In this document: positions 21,287 to 30,738 of the stretch, piece after piece | Numbering within the stretch: position 1 is the first letter of the stretch | How the letters are laid out: the number at the start of each line of letters is the position of its first letter | NCBI GenBank assembly: GCA_963828255.1 | Contig: CAWHDZ010000011.1 | Location: 64,001 to 128,000, forward strand | Reading direction: 5' to 3' | Length of the DNA stretch: 64,000 bases | DNA from: an uncultured delta proteobacterium | GTDB lineage: Bacteria; Myxococcota; Myxococcia; Myxococcales; Anaeromyxobacteraceae | Program-made: the position numbers and the translations under genes | Notes under the pieces: generated by a model | Databases searched by the model: none | Told to the model about the DNA's origin: nothing | The model's input: the letters and a program-made list of their open reading frames with translations, nothing else

Positions 21287-22870
21287 GTGGACTGGATTGA
21301 CGAGTTGCGGCGAAGGGGCCTCCGCGGGGCCCTGGGCGGGCTCGACCGCAGGCGCCGACCGGCGTCCCCCGGCGCCTACCTGGCCCGCCGCCAGCGCCGG
21401 CGCCTCTTCGCCCTCCTGGCCGCCTCGGCCGGCCTGGCCCTCCTCCTGGCCGGAGGCGCGCTCTTCCTCAACCAGACGTCGTCCAGGCCGGTCTCCGGGT
21501 CTCCCTCCATCGTCGTCCTGCCCTTCGCGAACCTGAGCGGGGATGCGGGGCAGGACTACTTCGCCGACGGCATGACCGAGGAGATCCAGGGCGCACTCTC
21601 CGAGATCCCCGGCCTCCGGGTGATGGGACGGACCACGACCTTCGCGCTGCGCGGCACGGCGCAGGATACCCGGGAGGTCGGAAGGAAGCTCGGGGTGACA
21701 TCCATCCTCGACGGGAGCGTGCGGCGTGTCGGGTCTCGACTCCGGGTGACCGCCCAGGTCGTGGACGCCCGGGACGGCTACCAGCTCTGGTCGGAGACGT
21801 TCGACCGCGAGGCCGGGGACGTCCTTGCGGTCCAGGACGAGATTGGCCGGGCGGTCGCGATGGCCCTCCAGATCACCCTCCTCCCTTCCACTCCGGCCGG
21901 ACATGCGCGGCAGACGGTGGACCCCGAGGTCTACAACCAGTACCTGCTGGCCAGGCGCTTCCTCGCTCCGTCGAATCTGGTCGGATTCCTCCGCGCCGTG
22001 GCCGCGTCGGAGAAGGCCATCTCCCTCGCTCCCGGATTCGCACCCGCCTGGGCCACGCTCTCGACCGGCTTCAGCGGCCTGGCGGACTACGCGGAGGATC
22101 CGGACGAGATCGCGCTGAACCAGAGGAAGGCCGTCGCCGCGGCGGCCCGCGCCATCGACCTCGACCCGAGGCTGGCCGAGGCCTACGCCGCCCGGGCCCA
22201 GCTTCTCGCCCAGACCAGCTGGGACTGGGAGTCGGCCCGGGAGGACTTCGACCACGCCCTCGCGCTGGCCCCGGGCGACGCCGACATCCTCCGGAAGAAG
22301 GGGGCCTGGCTGCTCGCACCGCAGGGGCGCGTCACCGAGGCCATCGAGGTGCTCCGCAGGTCCACCGAGCTCGATCCGCTCTCCGCCTCGGCCTGGATGT
22401 CGCTGGGCCTCCTGGAGGTCGCCGCGACCAAGGGGCGGGCGGGCGAAGGGGCCCTGCTCCGCGCCACCGAGATCGCCCCGGACAACGACTACGTCCTCCA
22501 GGCGCTCGGGGTGCGGGATCTCCTGGTGGGGAACCCTTCCGGCGCGCTCGCCCGGACGAACCGGTGCTCCGCCGGGGTCTGGAGGCTGCGCGGGGCGGCG
22601 CTCGCCGAGCACGACCTCGGCCATGCACGCGAGTCGGAGGCGGCGCTCGCCGAGCTCGCCGGCGAGCTGGCCAGCCCGTCCCCGTTCCAGATCGCCGAGG
22701 TTCACGCCTGGCGGGGCGAGGCCGACCAGGCCTTCGCCTGGCTCGAGAAGGCGCTCCTGGCCCGCGACGGGGGGTTGCTCCTCCTCACCTGGGATCCGCT
22801 GCTCGCGAAGATCCGGGGGGACGCGCGGATGGCCTCCCTGCTCCGGCGCATGAACCTCGACCCGCGGTGA
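21287..22870 (+). CDS. Membrane-anchored TolB_N-like domain plus TPR protein
   Basis: SIVVLPFANLSGD..QDYFADGMTEEI; TPR repeats. Confidence 0.85.
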   Translation: MDWIDELRRRGLRGALGGLDRRRRPASPGAYLARRQRRRLFALLAASAGLALLLAGGALFLNQTSSRPVSGSPSIVVLPFANLSGDAGQDYFADGMTEEIQGALSEIPGLRVMGRTTTFALRGTAQDTREVGRKLGVTSILDGSVRRVGSRLRVTAQVVDARDGYQLWSETFDREAGDVLAVQDEIGRAVAMALQITLLPSTPAGHARQTVDPEVYNQYLLARRFLAPSNLVGFLRAVAASEKAISLAPGFAPAWATLSTGFSGLADYAEDPDEIALNQRKAVAAAARAIDLDPRLAEAYAARAQLLAQTSWDWESAREDFDHALALAPGDADILRKKGAWLLAPQGRVTEAIEVLRRSTELDPLSASAWMSLGLLEVAATKGRAGEGALLRATEIAPDNDYVLQALGVRDLLVGNPSGALARTNRCSAGVWRLRGAALAEHDLGHARESEAALAELAGELASPSPFQIAEVHAWRGEADQAFAWLEKALLARDGGLLLLTWDPLLAKIRGDARMASLLRRMNLDPR

Positions 22871-22906
22871 ACAACGGAGCGGTGCAGGCAGCCGGTCCGC
22901 AAATGG

Positions 22907-22935
22907 TGAAGGCCCCACCGCTTCTGGGGCCTTCA
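22907..22935. terminator. Hairpin downstream of the TPR gene
   Basis: Perfect 11-bp stem TGAAGGCCCCA/TGGGGCCTTCA; no clear U tract. Confidence 0.5.
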
Positions 22936-23145
22936 GGTCGGCGCTCCCCGGCGCCGATCGGTCTCGCTGACTCCTCGGCGAAGGCTAGCATCGGGCCCGG
23001 GCGTCGAGATCCCCACGTTCCAGTGAGCCCCGTCAGGGAGCACGCAGTCGATCCGTGCCTCCCCTGGGCGAATGACAACGGGTCATGGCCTTTTGGGTGG
23101 GTCCGCTCCGGGCTACGCTCGCCCCAGGGAATCAGGGAGGGGGCC

Positions 23146-23346
23146 ATGAGCGAGGGTCTGAAGCCGCTAGGAACGCCGGAAGGCTGGGAGGCGGACGACC
23201 GGTCCCGGATGCGAAGCGTCCACGAAGCCCTCGACCTCGAGTATCGGCAGATCCCGGAAGGCCCGGGTCCGGAAGGTCCCTGGCGGCGCCGCTACGGGGG
23301 CAGCGTTCCCAACGTGGGCGAGTGTTCGCGGGAGGGAGCCGGCTAG
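23146..23346 (+). CDS. Hypothetical 66-aa protein
   Basis: ATG with GGAGG RBS; no recognisable domain. Confidence 0.35.
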   Translation: MSEGLKPLGTPEGWEADDRSRMRSVHEALDLEYRQIPEGPGPEGPWRRRYGGSVPNVGECSREGAG

Positions 23347-23421
23347 CGTTCGGGGTGTCGGGCCCCGCGACCCGAGCCCAACCAGGGCGAGTCCGATGTC
23401 GTCCGCCTTCGAACGGTCCCG

Positions 23422-23781
23422 TCAGTTTCGAGTGTCATTGGGCCGGAATCCCAATCGCTGTTCAGTCGGCCTGGGCCGGAACTCACCGAAGGCCGTCCTC
23501 CCCCCGAACTCACGCTGGAGGAGCTCGTCGACTCCGTCGGCCAGGTTCCCGAGGCCGAGGATGGCCCGGTGCAGGTGGGCAGGGACCAGCGGAGCGGCCT
23601 GAATGTCGACGGCGGCAAACACCGTACCGTTCAGTGCCAAGAAGCGTGCAAAGGAGATGGTGGCGTTTAGATCGTTCAGGCGTTGGAGTAGCCCGTTCTC
23701 CCCATCGACCGCCGCGACGACCGGGGAGTGCAGGTGCACGCTGAGCGGCTCCTCCACCGCCCGAACGAAGACGATGGCGCT
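23422..23781 (-). pseudogene. 5'-truncated YbjN/T3SS-chaperone-like protein
   Basis: SAIVFVRAVEEP..HLHSPVV....LLQRLNDLN...FARF...ADGVDELLQREFGG pattern; N-terminal helix missing. Confidence 0.55.
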
Positions 23782-23916
23782 CGGGGGTTCACGTTCCCGC
23801 GCGCCGATTGCTTCGGGGCCGGGGACGCCAGCCTGGCGGAGATACTTGGAGCGGTAGCCGTGGACGTCCGGTCATTCAACCTGCGGAAGGCGGGCTGAAG
23901 TGTGAGCAGCACCGGG

Positions 23917-23960
23917 GGCCTCACCGACTCTCGCCCGTCGGTGGGGCCTTCGCCTTTTCT
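23917..23960 (+). terminator. Rho-independent terminator-like hairpin
   Basis: GGCCTCACCGAC/GTCGGTGGGGCC stem followed by TTCGCCTTTTCT. Confidence 0.55.
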
Positions 23961-24262
23961 GGCTACGTCAATCAGGCCACCCCGCCTGCCCGGTGGACGG
24001 CCTCCTGCTCTGGGCTGACTTTCGCCGTGCAGAGGCACCGCCCGCCGCGCTCGGGGCGTGGCGCCCGAGATGCCCCCACTCCGGGCGCCGGCCTCTGCGC
24101 TCTCCTCGTCGCCTGCGTCACATGGCCATGCGGCGCGCCGAGGGACGGCCCTGATCTGGATCACGCCGACACTCTCAGTGACTGGGAATCGTGGGACGGG
24201 ATTCTCTGCCACATATCGGTACTCTTCCGGTGAAGCGGGGTCCGTGTCCGAGGGGGCACCAC

Positions 24263-24502
24263 ATGTCGATCACATCCTGGGTTGGGTCCGTGTGGAGCCT
24301 GCGCGGAGTTGAAGGGCCGGTCATCGGCCAGGTGCGCGCCGTCGAGGGCGACGTTCTCACGCTGGCCGTCGTCGGGCTGGGCGGCGAGCCGCCGGAGGGC
24401 GTAGAGGTCCTCCCGTACCGGTCTGGTTACGGTCGGCTGGCTCGCATCTCGTCGGACGTGCTGCTCGGGACTTGGAAGCGCATGGGCGGCGCCCCGGCCT
24501 GA
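24263..24502 (+). CDS. Hypothetical 79-aa protein
   Basis: ATG with GAGGGG RBS, GC3-biased codons, and a paralogous fragment at 8588. Confidence 0.6.
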   Translation: MSITSWVGSVWSLRGVEGPVIGQVRAVEGDVLTLAVVGLGGEPPEGVEVLPYRSGYGRLARISSDVLLGTWKRMGGAPA

Positions 24503-24826
24503 TTCCTGGTTGGCCTGACGCAACGCCGGCCGTCCTAGCACTCGCTAGGTGCTGCCCTCGACACCGGGGCCTTAACTGGAGTGAACGGTGCTCCCCCTGA
24601 CACCGACGCCGAGGTGCCAGAAGGCAACGGGCGCTCGCCCTCGGGCCAGGTCTTCGACTAGTGCGGCGGACTGGCCGCACAGGTAGCAAACTCTGCCATC
24701 CTCGGCCCTCTGGGTACGTACGGACAGGTGTGTGACTGTGTGTGCGGCACTCATCCCTGAGCCGGGCGACAGTCGTCCATGGTCTTCGACCCGGCGTCGA
24801 TCCCGACTTAACTACGGGTTGAGGGG

Positions 24827-25048
24827 ATGAGCATGCTCACAAAACTGGTGTACCAGGTTGGAACGCACACGCTCGAAGTGACTGCGGGGCACAACCGGTG
24901 GGTGGCAGCTGTCGATGGCGTCATCATCGACCGGTGGTTCACGTCTCTTGCGGACGCCTGGACCGCTGGTGTGACCGAGGCGATCGGACTCGATAAGGGC
25001 GCGGCATGCTCATTCGTGGCCGGCGCGGACGCGGGCCAGCAACACTAG
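24827..25048 (+). CDS. Hypothetical 73-aa protein
   Basis: GAGGGG RBS; globular-looking composition. Confidence 0.55.
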   Translation: MSMLTKLVYQVGTHTLEVTAGHNRWVAAVDGVIIDRWFTSLADAWTAGVTEAIGLDKGAACSFVAGADAGQQH

Positions 25049-25086
25049 GCGGCAGAGGGCTGGCTCCGCACCACCAGGCGGGCCGC

Positions 25087-25284
25087 GTGACCCCTCGCCC
25101 CCTCACCGGCAAGCCCGTGGGGCGCCCCGCCGGGCCACGCCGGGCCGTCCTGACCGTCCGCATCCGGCCTGACCAGGCGAAGGCCCTCCGGCGCCTGGCG
25201 CGCGACCGGGCGAAGGCCACCGGCGGCCCCCTCGACGTGTCGGCCGTGCTCCGCGAGCTGCTCGACCGGGCACTCGCCGCCTGA
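25087..25284 (+). CDS. Ribbon-helix-helix (CopG-like) DNA-binding protein with GRP (AT-hook-like) motif
   Basis: GRP...LTVRIRPDQAKALRRLA...VSAVLRELLDRAL. Confidence 0.65.
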   Translation: MTPRPLTGKPVGRPAGPRRAVLTVRIRPDQAKALRRLARDRAKATGGPLDVSAVLRELLDRALAA

Positions 25285-25305
25285 GTGGTCCCAGGAGTGG
25301 TCCCA
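25283..25305. repeat. Perfect 11-bp tandem direct repeat GAGTGGTCCCA; arm-type att-site-like
   Basis: Copies at 25283 and 25295, about 80 bp past the tRNA-Val 3' end. Confidence 0.6.
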
Positions 25306-25330
25306 TCGAATTCAGCCCGTTTCGGGCAAG

Positions 25331-25366
25331 AAAAAGGGCGGCTCCGTTTCGTTCGGAACCGCCCTT
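25331..25366 (-). terminator. Rho-independent terminator after tRNA-Val
   Basis: On the minus strand: AAGGGCGGTTCCG-loop-CGGAGCCGCCC-TTTTT. Confidence 0.85.
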
Positions 25367-25384
25367 ATTCATTGTCTTTCCTGC

Positions 25385-25459
25385 TGGTGGGCGCTGAAGG
25401 TTTCGAACCTTCGACCCCTGCCGTGTGAAGGCAGTGCTCTACCGCTGAGCTAAGCGCCC
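25385..25459 (-). tRNA. tRNA-Val(CAC)
   Basis: GGGCGCT/AGCGCCC acceptor stem, anticodon arm CTGCC-TTCACAC-GGCAG, GGTTCGAA T-loop, encoded CCA. Confidence 0.97.
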
Positions 25460-25481
25460 GATCCTGTCAAAACGGCCGCGG

Positions 25482-25510
25482 AGTATGCCGGGGGCACCCC
25501 ACCCTGTCAA
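25482..25510 (-). promoter_or_regulatory. Sigma70 promoter of tRNA-Val
   Basis: TTGACA-N17-CATACT followed by a GC-rich discriminator. Confidence 0.7.
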
Positions 25511-25800
25511 CGCTTCCGCTCCGCGTCCACCTGCTTCGCCAGGTCCCTCAGCTTCCGCTTCAGCCGGGCCATGCTCTTCGCCACCTCGTCGTAGTCCCCC
25601 TTGGTGGGAAGGCCGGCGGCGCGCATCACCATCCCCTGGACCTCCTCGAGCTGCCGCTTGCCCTTCTGCGCCGCTCCCACGGCCGCGGCGAGGACCTCCT
25701 GCCCCCGCGGATCGTCCAGGACCACCCTGGCCGCCCGGGCGGCCGCGGCCACGCCCTGCTCGACCAGGACCTCGGGAATGCCCTTCCGCCTCTCGCTCAT
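25507..25800 (-). CDS. Small coiled-coil protein (StkC-like by position)
   Basis: 97 aa, helical, GLPTKGDY..V...MARLKRKLRDL; coupled to the SCP2 gene. Confidence 0.7.
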   Translation of the reverse strand: MSERRKGIPEVLVEQGVAAAARAARVVLDDPRGQEVLAAAVGAAQKGKRQLEEVQGMVMRAAGLPTKGDYDEVAKSMARLKRKLRDLAKQVDAERKR

Positions 25801-26225
25801 CGGCTCACCTCGTCGGGGAATTCCGTGGGCACCTTCCGCAGCGCCTCGTCCACGATGTACCGGTAGCCGGCCCGCCGCACCAGCCCCTCCAGGTCCCCCT
25901 TCACCTTCACCCGCCCCGAGAGCGCCGCCTGGACCGGGTCGGCCCGGCCGTTCAGGAGGTCCTTCCAGAGCGCGAGCGGCGCCCGGACGACGTAGGCCGG
26001 TTCCAGTTCCAGCACGTCGTCCTCGTCCGGGAGGATCCGCCACTCCACGATGCGCCCGCCCTCCTGCCGCCCCCAGGCGGCGGTCCCGTGGGGGAAGTGG
26101 CGCCCGTCCCGCTCCACGACGGCGGCCAGATCCGCACCCAGCCCGGCCAGGGCCAGGCCCAGGTCGGCGTGGGCGTTCACCTCGCGCACCACCGCGTCGA
26201 GCCAGGCCTGGGACGCGAAGTGCAC
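25797..26225 (-). CDS. SCP2 sterol/lipid-binding domain protein (StkB-like)
   Basis: WKDLLNGRADPVQAALSGRVKVKGDL motif. Confidence 0.85.
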   Translation of the reverse strand: MHFASQAWLDAVVREVNAHADLGLALAGLGADLAAVVERDGRHFPHGTAAWGRQEGGRIVEWRILPDEDDVLELEPAYVVRAPLALWKDLLNGRADPVQAALSGRVKVKGDLEGLVRRAGYRYIVDEALRKVPTEFPDEVSR

Positions 26226-26227
26226 CG

Positions 26228-27838
26228 TCAGCTCCGGGTGAGCCACCCGAAGAGCCCGCGCCGCTGCTCGCGCGGCGCGGCCCCGGCCGCGCCCGGCGGC
26301 GGCGTCTTCTGGGCGATGGCCCTGCGGATGGCCTCGGGGGTATCCCGGGTGGCGAAGGGGACCTCCACCATCCCCCGCTCCGGGTCGTCGAAGGTCACCC
26401 GCAGCAGGCACTCCTCGTCGAGCTTGAAGTCGATGCGACGGCCGGTGGCCGCGGCGGGGAGGCGCAACGAGCCCAGGAACTCGTCGTCCACGATCTGGTC
26501 GCTGTCGCCCTGGTAGATGTCGATCTCGATGGGCCGGCCCGGCTCGCGGGGGGGCGGCAGCCGGAAGCTGCGGGTGGCCGGGATGGTCTGGTTCTTCTCG
26601 AGCACCTTGCGCATCCGGTCGTTGGCGGCGGCGATGCCGATGGGCATGGAGAGCACGTCCACCAGGGTCACCGAGTCGATGCTGTCGAGCGAGTCGCCGA
26701 GCAGCGCCGCGCCCAGCGCCACGCACTCGTCGGGGTGGACCCCCTTGCGCGGCGGCTTGCCGAAGTGCTCGCGGATCCGCTGCTGCACGAGCGGCATCCG
26801 GCTCTGCCCTCCCACCAGGATGATCTCGTCGATCGAGCTCCGGGAGATCCCCTTCTGCGCCAGCACCTCGTCGCAGAGCTGGAAGCTCCGGTCCACGAGG
26901 TCGTGCGAGAACTCCTCGAGCTGCTGCCTCGAGATGGGGATGCGCAGGTCGAGCGGCTTGCCGCGCCGCTCCTCGATGAAGGGGAGATCGATCACGGTGT
27001 TGGGGATGAGGGAGAGGTCGATCTTGGCCGCCTCGGCCGCGCTCTTCACCCGCTGCAGCGCGATGGGGGACTGCGCGAGATCCACCTTGTGCTCCCGCCA
27101 GAACTGGTCGAGCACCCAGTCGATGATCCGGTTGTCGAAGTCCACGCCGCCCAGGAAGGTGTCGCCGCCGGTGGCCATCACCTCGAAGACGTTCTGCTGG
27201 ACCTGGAGCACCGAGATGTCGCAGGTCCCGCCGCCGAGGTCGTAGACCAGCACCCGCTGATCGAGCCCGCGGTTGAACCCGTAGGCGAGCGCGGCCGCGG
27301 TGGGCTCGTTGACGATGCGCTTCACCTCGAAGCCGGCCAGGCGCCCCGCCTCCTTCACGGCGTGGCGCTGGTTGTCGTTGTAGTAGGCCGGAACCGAGAT
27401 GATGGCCTGGGGCATGGGTCTTCCCAGGAACGCCTCGGCGATCTTCTTCACGTGGGCGAGGACCATCCCCGAGATCTCGGGCAGCCCGTACACCCGGTCG
27501 CCCAGCGAGACCGCCGCCTCCCCCTGCGGCCCCTCGACGATGTCGTACGAGTAGTACGACATCAGATCCTGGACCACGCGCGAGTTGAACTTGCGGCCGA
27601 TGAGCCGCTTGGCCCCGTAGATGGTGTTGCGGGGGTTGGTGAGGAGCTGGTCCTTGGCGGCTCCGCCCACGAGGAAGTCGCCCCGGCTCCCCAGCGCGAC
27701 GACGCTCGGCAGGATGAGGCTGCCCTTGTCGGTCGGCACGACCCGCGGGATGCGGTTCCGCACGTGGGCCACGCAGGTGTTGGTGGTCCCGAGGTCTATG
27801 CCGAGGATGGGCTTGTCCCGGCTCAGGGAGGGAGGCAT
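26228..27838 (-). CDS. Short Hsp70/DnaK-family protein (StkA-like)
   Basis: GIDLGTTN, SVPAYYND, NEPTAAALAYG, DLGGGT and LVGGQSRMP motifs; truncated substrate-binding domain, no lid. Confidence 0.9.
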   Translation of the reverse strand: MPPSLSRDKPILGIDLGTTNTCVAHVRNRIPRVVPTDKGSLILPSVVALGSRGDFLVGGAAKDQLLTNPRNTIYGAKRLIGRKFNSRVVQDLMSYYSYDIVEGPQGEAAVSLGDRVYGLPEISGMVLAHVKKIAEAFLGRPMPQAIISVPAYYNDNQRHAVKEAGRLAGFEVKRIVNEPTAAALAYGFNRGLDQRVLVYDLGGGTCDISVLQVQQNVFEVMATGGDTFLGGVDFDNRIIDWVLDQFWREHKVDLAQSPIALQRVKSAAEAAKIDLSLIPNTVIDLPFIEERRGKPLDLRIPISRQQLEEFSHDLVDRSFQLCDEVLAQKGISRSSIDEIILVGGQSRMPLVQQRIREHFGKPPRKGVHPDECVALGAALLGDSLDSIDSVTLVDVLSMPIGIAAANDRMRKVLEKNQTIPATRSFRLPPPREPGRPIEIDIYQGDSDQIVDDEFLGSLRLPAAATGRRIDFKLDEECLLRVTFDDPERGMVEVPFATRDTPEAIRRAIAQKTPPPGAAGAAPREQRRGLFGWLTRS

Positions 27839-27876
27839 CTCCCCGAAAGGTAGCACGGTCCTGGGCCGGGAAACTT

Positions 27877-30000
27877 CTAGAACGGAACGTCATCCCCGTC
27901 GGCGTCCCCCGCCGGCGCCGCCCCGAACAGGCGCGGCATGGCCATGGCGGGGAGCACGGAACTGGCCTCCTGCCCCGGGCCGAGCGCCGGCAGCCCGCGC
28001 CCGTCGTCGAGCTGCCACCGTTCGTAGACGGCCGGATCGCCGGGGAGCTCCTCGACGAACCGCGAGGCCTTGAGGACCACCCGCTCCCGGTCGCGCGGCG
28101 CGGCCACGAGCGGGTGGCACAGCGTGAGCTCGTCCCTGGCCCGGGTGCAGGCCACGTAGAAGAGGCGTCGTTCCTCCTCCTCGCCCTCCGGATCGCGGAG
28201 CGCCTGGGCGCTCGGGAAGCGGCCGTCGGCGAGCCAGACCACGAACACCGCGCGCCACTCGAGCCCCTTGGCCTGGTGGACGCTGGAGAGCACCATCTTC
28301 TCGTCGGGCTCCTCCCCCTCGGCCACCGTCTCGGCGGTGAGCTCGGTGAGGAGCGCGATCTCGGCGAGGAAGGTCTCGCCGTCCTCGTAGCCGCGGGCGT
28401 AGTCGGCGAGCTGCCGGATGTCCTCGATGCGCGAGTCGGCGTTGGGGTAGGCGGTGCGCAGGTGCTCCTCGTAGCCCCCCTCGAGGACCCGGTCGATCGA
28501 CTCTCCCGGCAGGTCCCGCGTGGGGGCGCGGGTGAGCACCCGCAGGAGCTCCGCCGCCCGCCGGTAGCCCTCCCGCGCCTTGGGAGGTACGTGGCTCGCC
28601 ACGTCGGGCGAGGAGAGCTCGTCGACCGAGCCGGCCCCGCCGCGCCGCCGTGCGGCGAGGGCGTTCCAGACGGCGTCGGCGGTCATGCTGCCGATGCCCG
28701 GGAAGAGCTTCAGCACGCGCTTCAGCGCCAGCTCGTCCCCGGGATTGTGCGCGAAGCGAAGGTGGGCCAGCACGTCCTTGATGTGGGCCGCCTCGAAGAA
28801 GCGGACGCCGCTCCGCACCACGAAGGGGATGCCGCGACGCGCCAGCTCGAACTGGACCTCCATGGAGTGGTGGTGCGCCCGGTAGAGGACGGCGATCTCC
28901 TTGAGGGGGAAGCCCTCGTCGCGGAGCTCGAGCACCCGCTGGGCCACGAAGGCGGCCTGCTGCTCCACGTCGCGGCAGGGCACGAGCCCGGGCAAGGACC
29001 CCGCCGGGCGGACGCTGCGCAGCTCCTTCTTGAACTGCTTGAAGTTGTTCTCGATGGAGGCGTTGGCCAGGTGGAGGATCTCCGGCGTGGACCGGTAGTT
29101 CACCGTGAGGTGAAAGCGGCGCGCGTCCGGGTAGCGCTTCTCGAACTCGAGGATGTTGGCGAAGTGGGCGCCCCGGAACGAGTAGATGCTCTGGGCGTCG
29201 TCGCCGACCACGCAGAGGTTGCGGTGGTGCGAGGCGAGGAGGTCCACCACGTCGCCCTGCAGCCGGTTGGTGTCCTGGTACTCGTCCACGAGCACCTGCT
29301 GGAAGCGCTCGGCGAGGAGGCGGCGGACCCCCTCGTGCTCCACCAGGAGGACCTTCCAGTTGAGCAGGAGGTCGTCGAAGTCCATGGCGTTCATGCCGTG
29401 CTTGCGCTCGGCGTAGCGGCGCGCCACGCGCAGGACGTCATCGACCAGGGGGGCGAACTGCGGGCGCCGGTCGAGGAGCACGTCGGCGAGAGGCGTCTGG
29501 GTGTTCACCGCCATGGAGACGAGGTCGATGAGGACGTCGGCCTTGGGGAAGCGGCGCGCCCCCACCGCGAGCCCGCAGTCGGCGATGGAGGCGGCCATCA
29601 CGTCGCGGCCGTCCTCGCGGTCGAGGATGGAGTAGCCCTTCTCGTAGCTCAGCAGCCCAGCGTGCTCGCGAAGGACCCGGTGGGCGACGTGGTGGAATGT
29701 GCCGCCCCAGATGCGCCGGGTGTCGATCTGCGCCACCTCCTCCACGCGGCGGAGCATCTCGTGCGCGGCCTTGTTGGTGAAGGTGAGGAGCAGCAGCGAC
29801 TCGGGGGCGAGGTGGCCGTGGAGGAGCCGGGCCACGCGCCAGGTGAGCGTGCGGGTCTTGCCCGAGCCGGCGCCGGCGATGACCAGCAGCGGACCGTCGG
29901 GCGCCTCGATGACCGCCCTCTGCTCGTCGTTGAGCTGGTCGCCGGAGTCGAACGGGCGGGGCGCGCCGGCGGCTGGTCGCAGCTGGTAGCGGCGCGTCAT
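27877..30000 (-). CDS. UvrD/PcrA/Rep-family helicase
   Basis: AGAGSGKT, DEYQDTN, VGDDAQSIY, NYRS, HQAKGLEW and EERRLFYVA motifs. Confidence 0.95.
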   Translation of the reverse strand: MTRRYQLRPAAGAPRPFDSGDQLNDEQRAVIEAPDGPLLVIAGAGSGKTRTLTWRVARLLHGHLAPESLLLLTFTNKAAHEMLRRVEEVAQIDTRRIWGGTFHHVAHRVLREHAGLLSYEKGYSILDREDGRDVMAASIADCGLAVGARRFPKADVLIDLVSMAVNTQTPLADVLLDRRPQFAPLVDDVLRVARRYAERKHGMNAMDFDDLLLNWKVLLVEHEGVRRLLAERFQQVLVDEYQDTNRLQGDVVDLLASHHRNLCVVGDDAQSIYSFRGAHFANILEFEKRYPDARRFHLTVNYRSTPEILHLANASIENNFKQFKKELRSVRPAGSLPGLVPCRDVEQQAAFVAQRVLELRDEGFPLKEIAVLYRAHHHSMEVQFELARRGIPFVVRSGVRFFEAAHIKDVLAHLRFAHNPGDELALKRVLKLFPGIGSMTADAVWNALAARRRGGAGSVDELSSPDVASHVPPKAREGYRRAAELLRVLTRAPTRDLPGESIDRVLEGGYEEHLRTAYPNADSRIEDIRQLADYARGYEDGETFLAEIALLTELTAETVAEGEEPDEKMVLSSVHQAKGLEWRAVFVVWLADGRFPSAQALRDPEGEEEERRLFYVACTRARDELTLCHPLVAAPRDRERVVLKASRFVEELPGDPAVYERWQLDDGRGLPALGPGQEASSVLPAMAMPRLFGAAPAGDADGDDVPF

Positions 30001-30087
30001 CGAGCGCCGGAACGTAGCACCGTGGTCCGACAGATCCGATATCGCGCTCCGGCGCGCGAACTGGACGGGGGGGGCCGCGCGGATAGC

Positions 30088-30738
30088 ATGACCGGCATGG
30101 CGGCATCACGCGCGTTCCTCCTCCTGGCCCTGGCGATCGGCAACGTCGCCTGCGCGTCGGGCAAGGCGAGCGCGACCCGCCGACCCCTGCCCCCGCCCGC
30201 CGGTGATGGCCGGGCCGGCGTCCGCGGAGCAAGCGGCGCCGGCCCGGCTCTCGCTCTGAAGCCGGACGTCCGGCGCGCCGTGGACACCGCCCAGTCGCTC
30301 GTCGGCAGCCGCGACGTGGTGGTGGACGGGCGCAACTACGGCGCCGGATGCACCGCGCTGGTCCGCGCCGCCTTCGACCACGCCGGCAAGCCCCTCCCCG
30401 CCGAGGCCCGGACCGCGGGCGCGCTGCTCGACGTGGCCAGGGAACGGGGCGCCATGCGCACCGGGATCCGCTGCTCCCCCGGCGACGTGGTCTTCCTGGC
30501 CGATCGGCCGGGAGGTACCGCGGCCCATGTGGGGCTCGTGACCGTGGTGGAACCGGACGGGACGGCGGTCGTCGTACACCGGCTCGCGCGCGGCGTGGCC
30601 CGGATGCGGGTGAACCTGGGCTATCCGGGAAGGGCCACCGACCCTTCCACCGGCAAGCGGCTCAACGACACGCTTCAGGTCGGGAAGAGCACCACGCCGG
30701 CGGGCAGCCTGGTCGTCGGCGTCGCGACCCTGCTCTGA
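30088..30738 (+). CDS. NlpC/P60-CHAP-like lipoprotein
   Basis: Signal peptide with Cys; CTALV, PGDVVF and HVGLV papain-like catalytic motifs. Confidence 0.7.
   Translation: MTGMAASRAFLLLALAIGNVACASGKASATRRPLPPPAGDGRAGVRGASGAGPALALKPDVRRAVDTAQSLVGSRDVVVDGRNYGAGCTALVRAAFDHAGKPLPAEARTAGALLDVARERGAMRTGIRCSPGDVVFLADRPGGTAAHVGLVTVVEPDGTAVVVHRLARGVARMRVNLGYPGRATDPSTGKRLNDTLQVGKSTTPAGSLVVGVATLL

Noticed and set aside
24572..24754. 60-aa CxxC ORF on the minus strand
   Set aside because: Weak codon bias and no recognisable family; not supportable as a gene.
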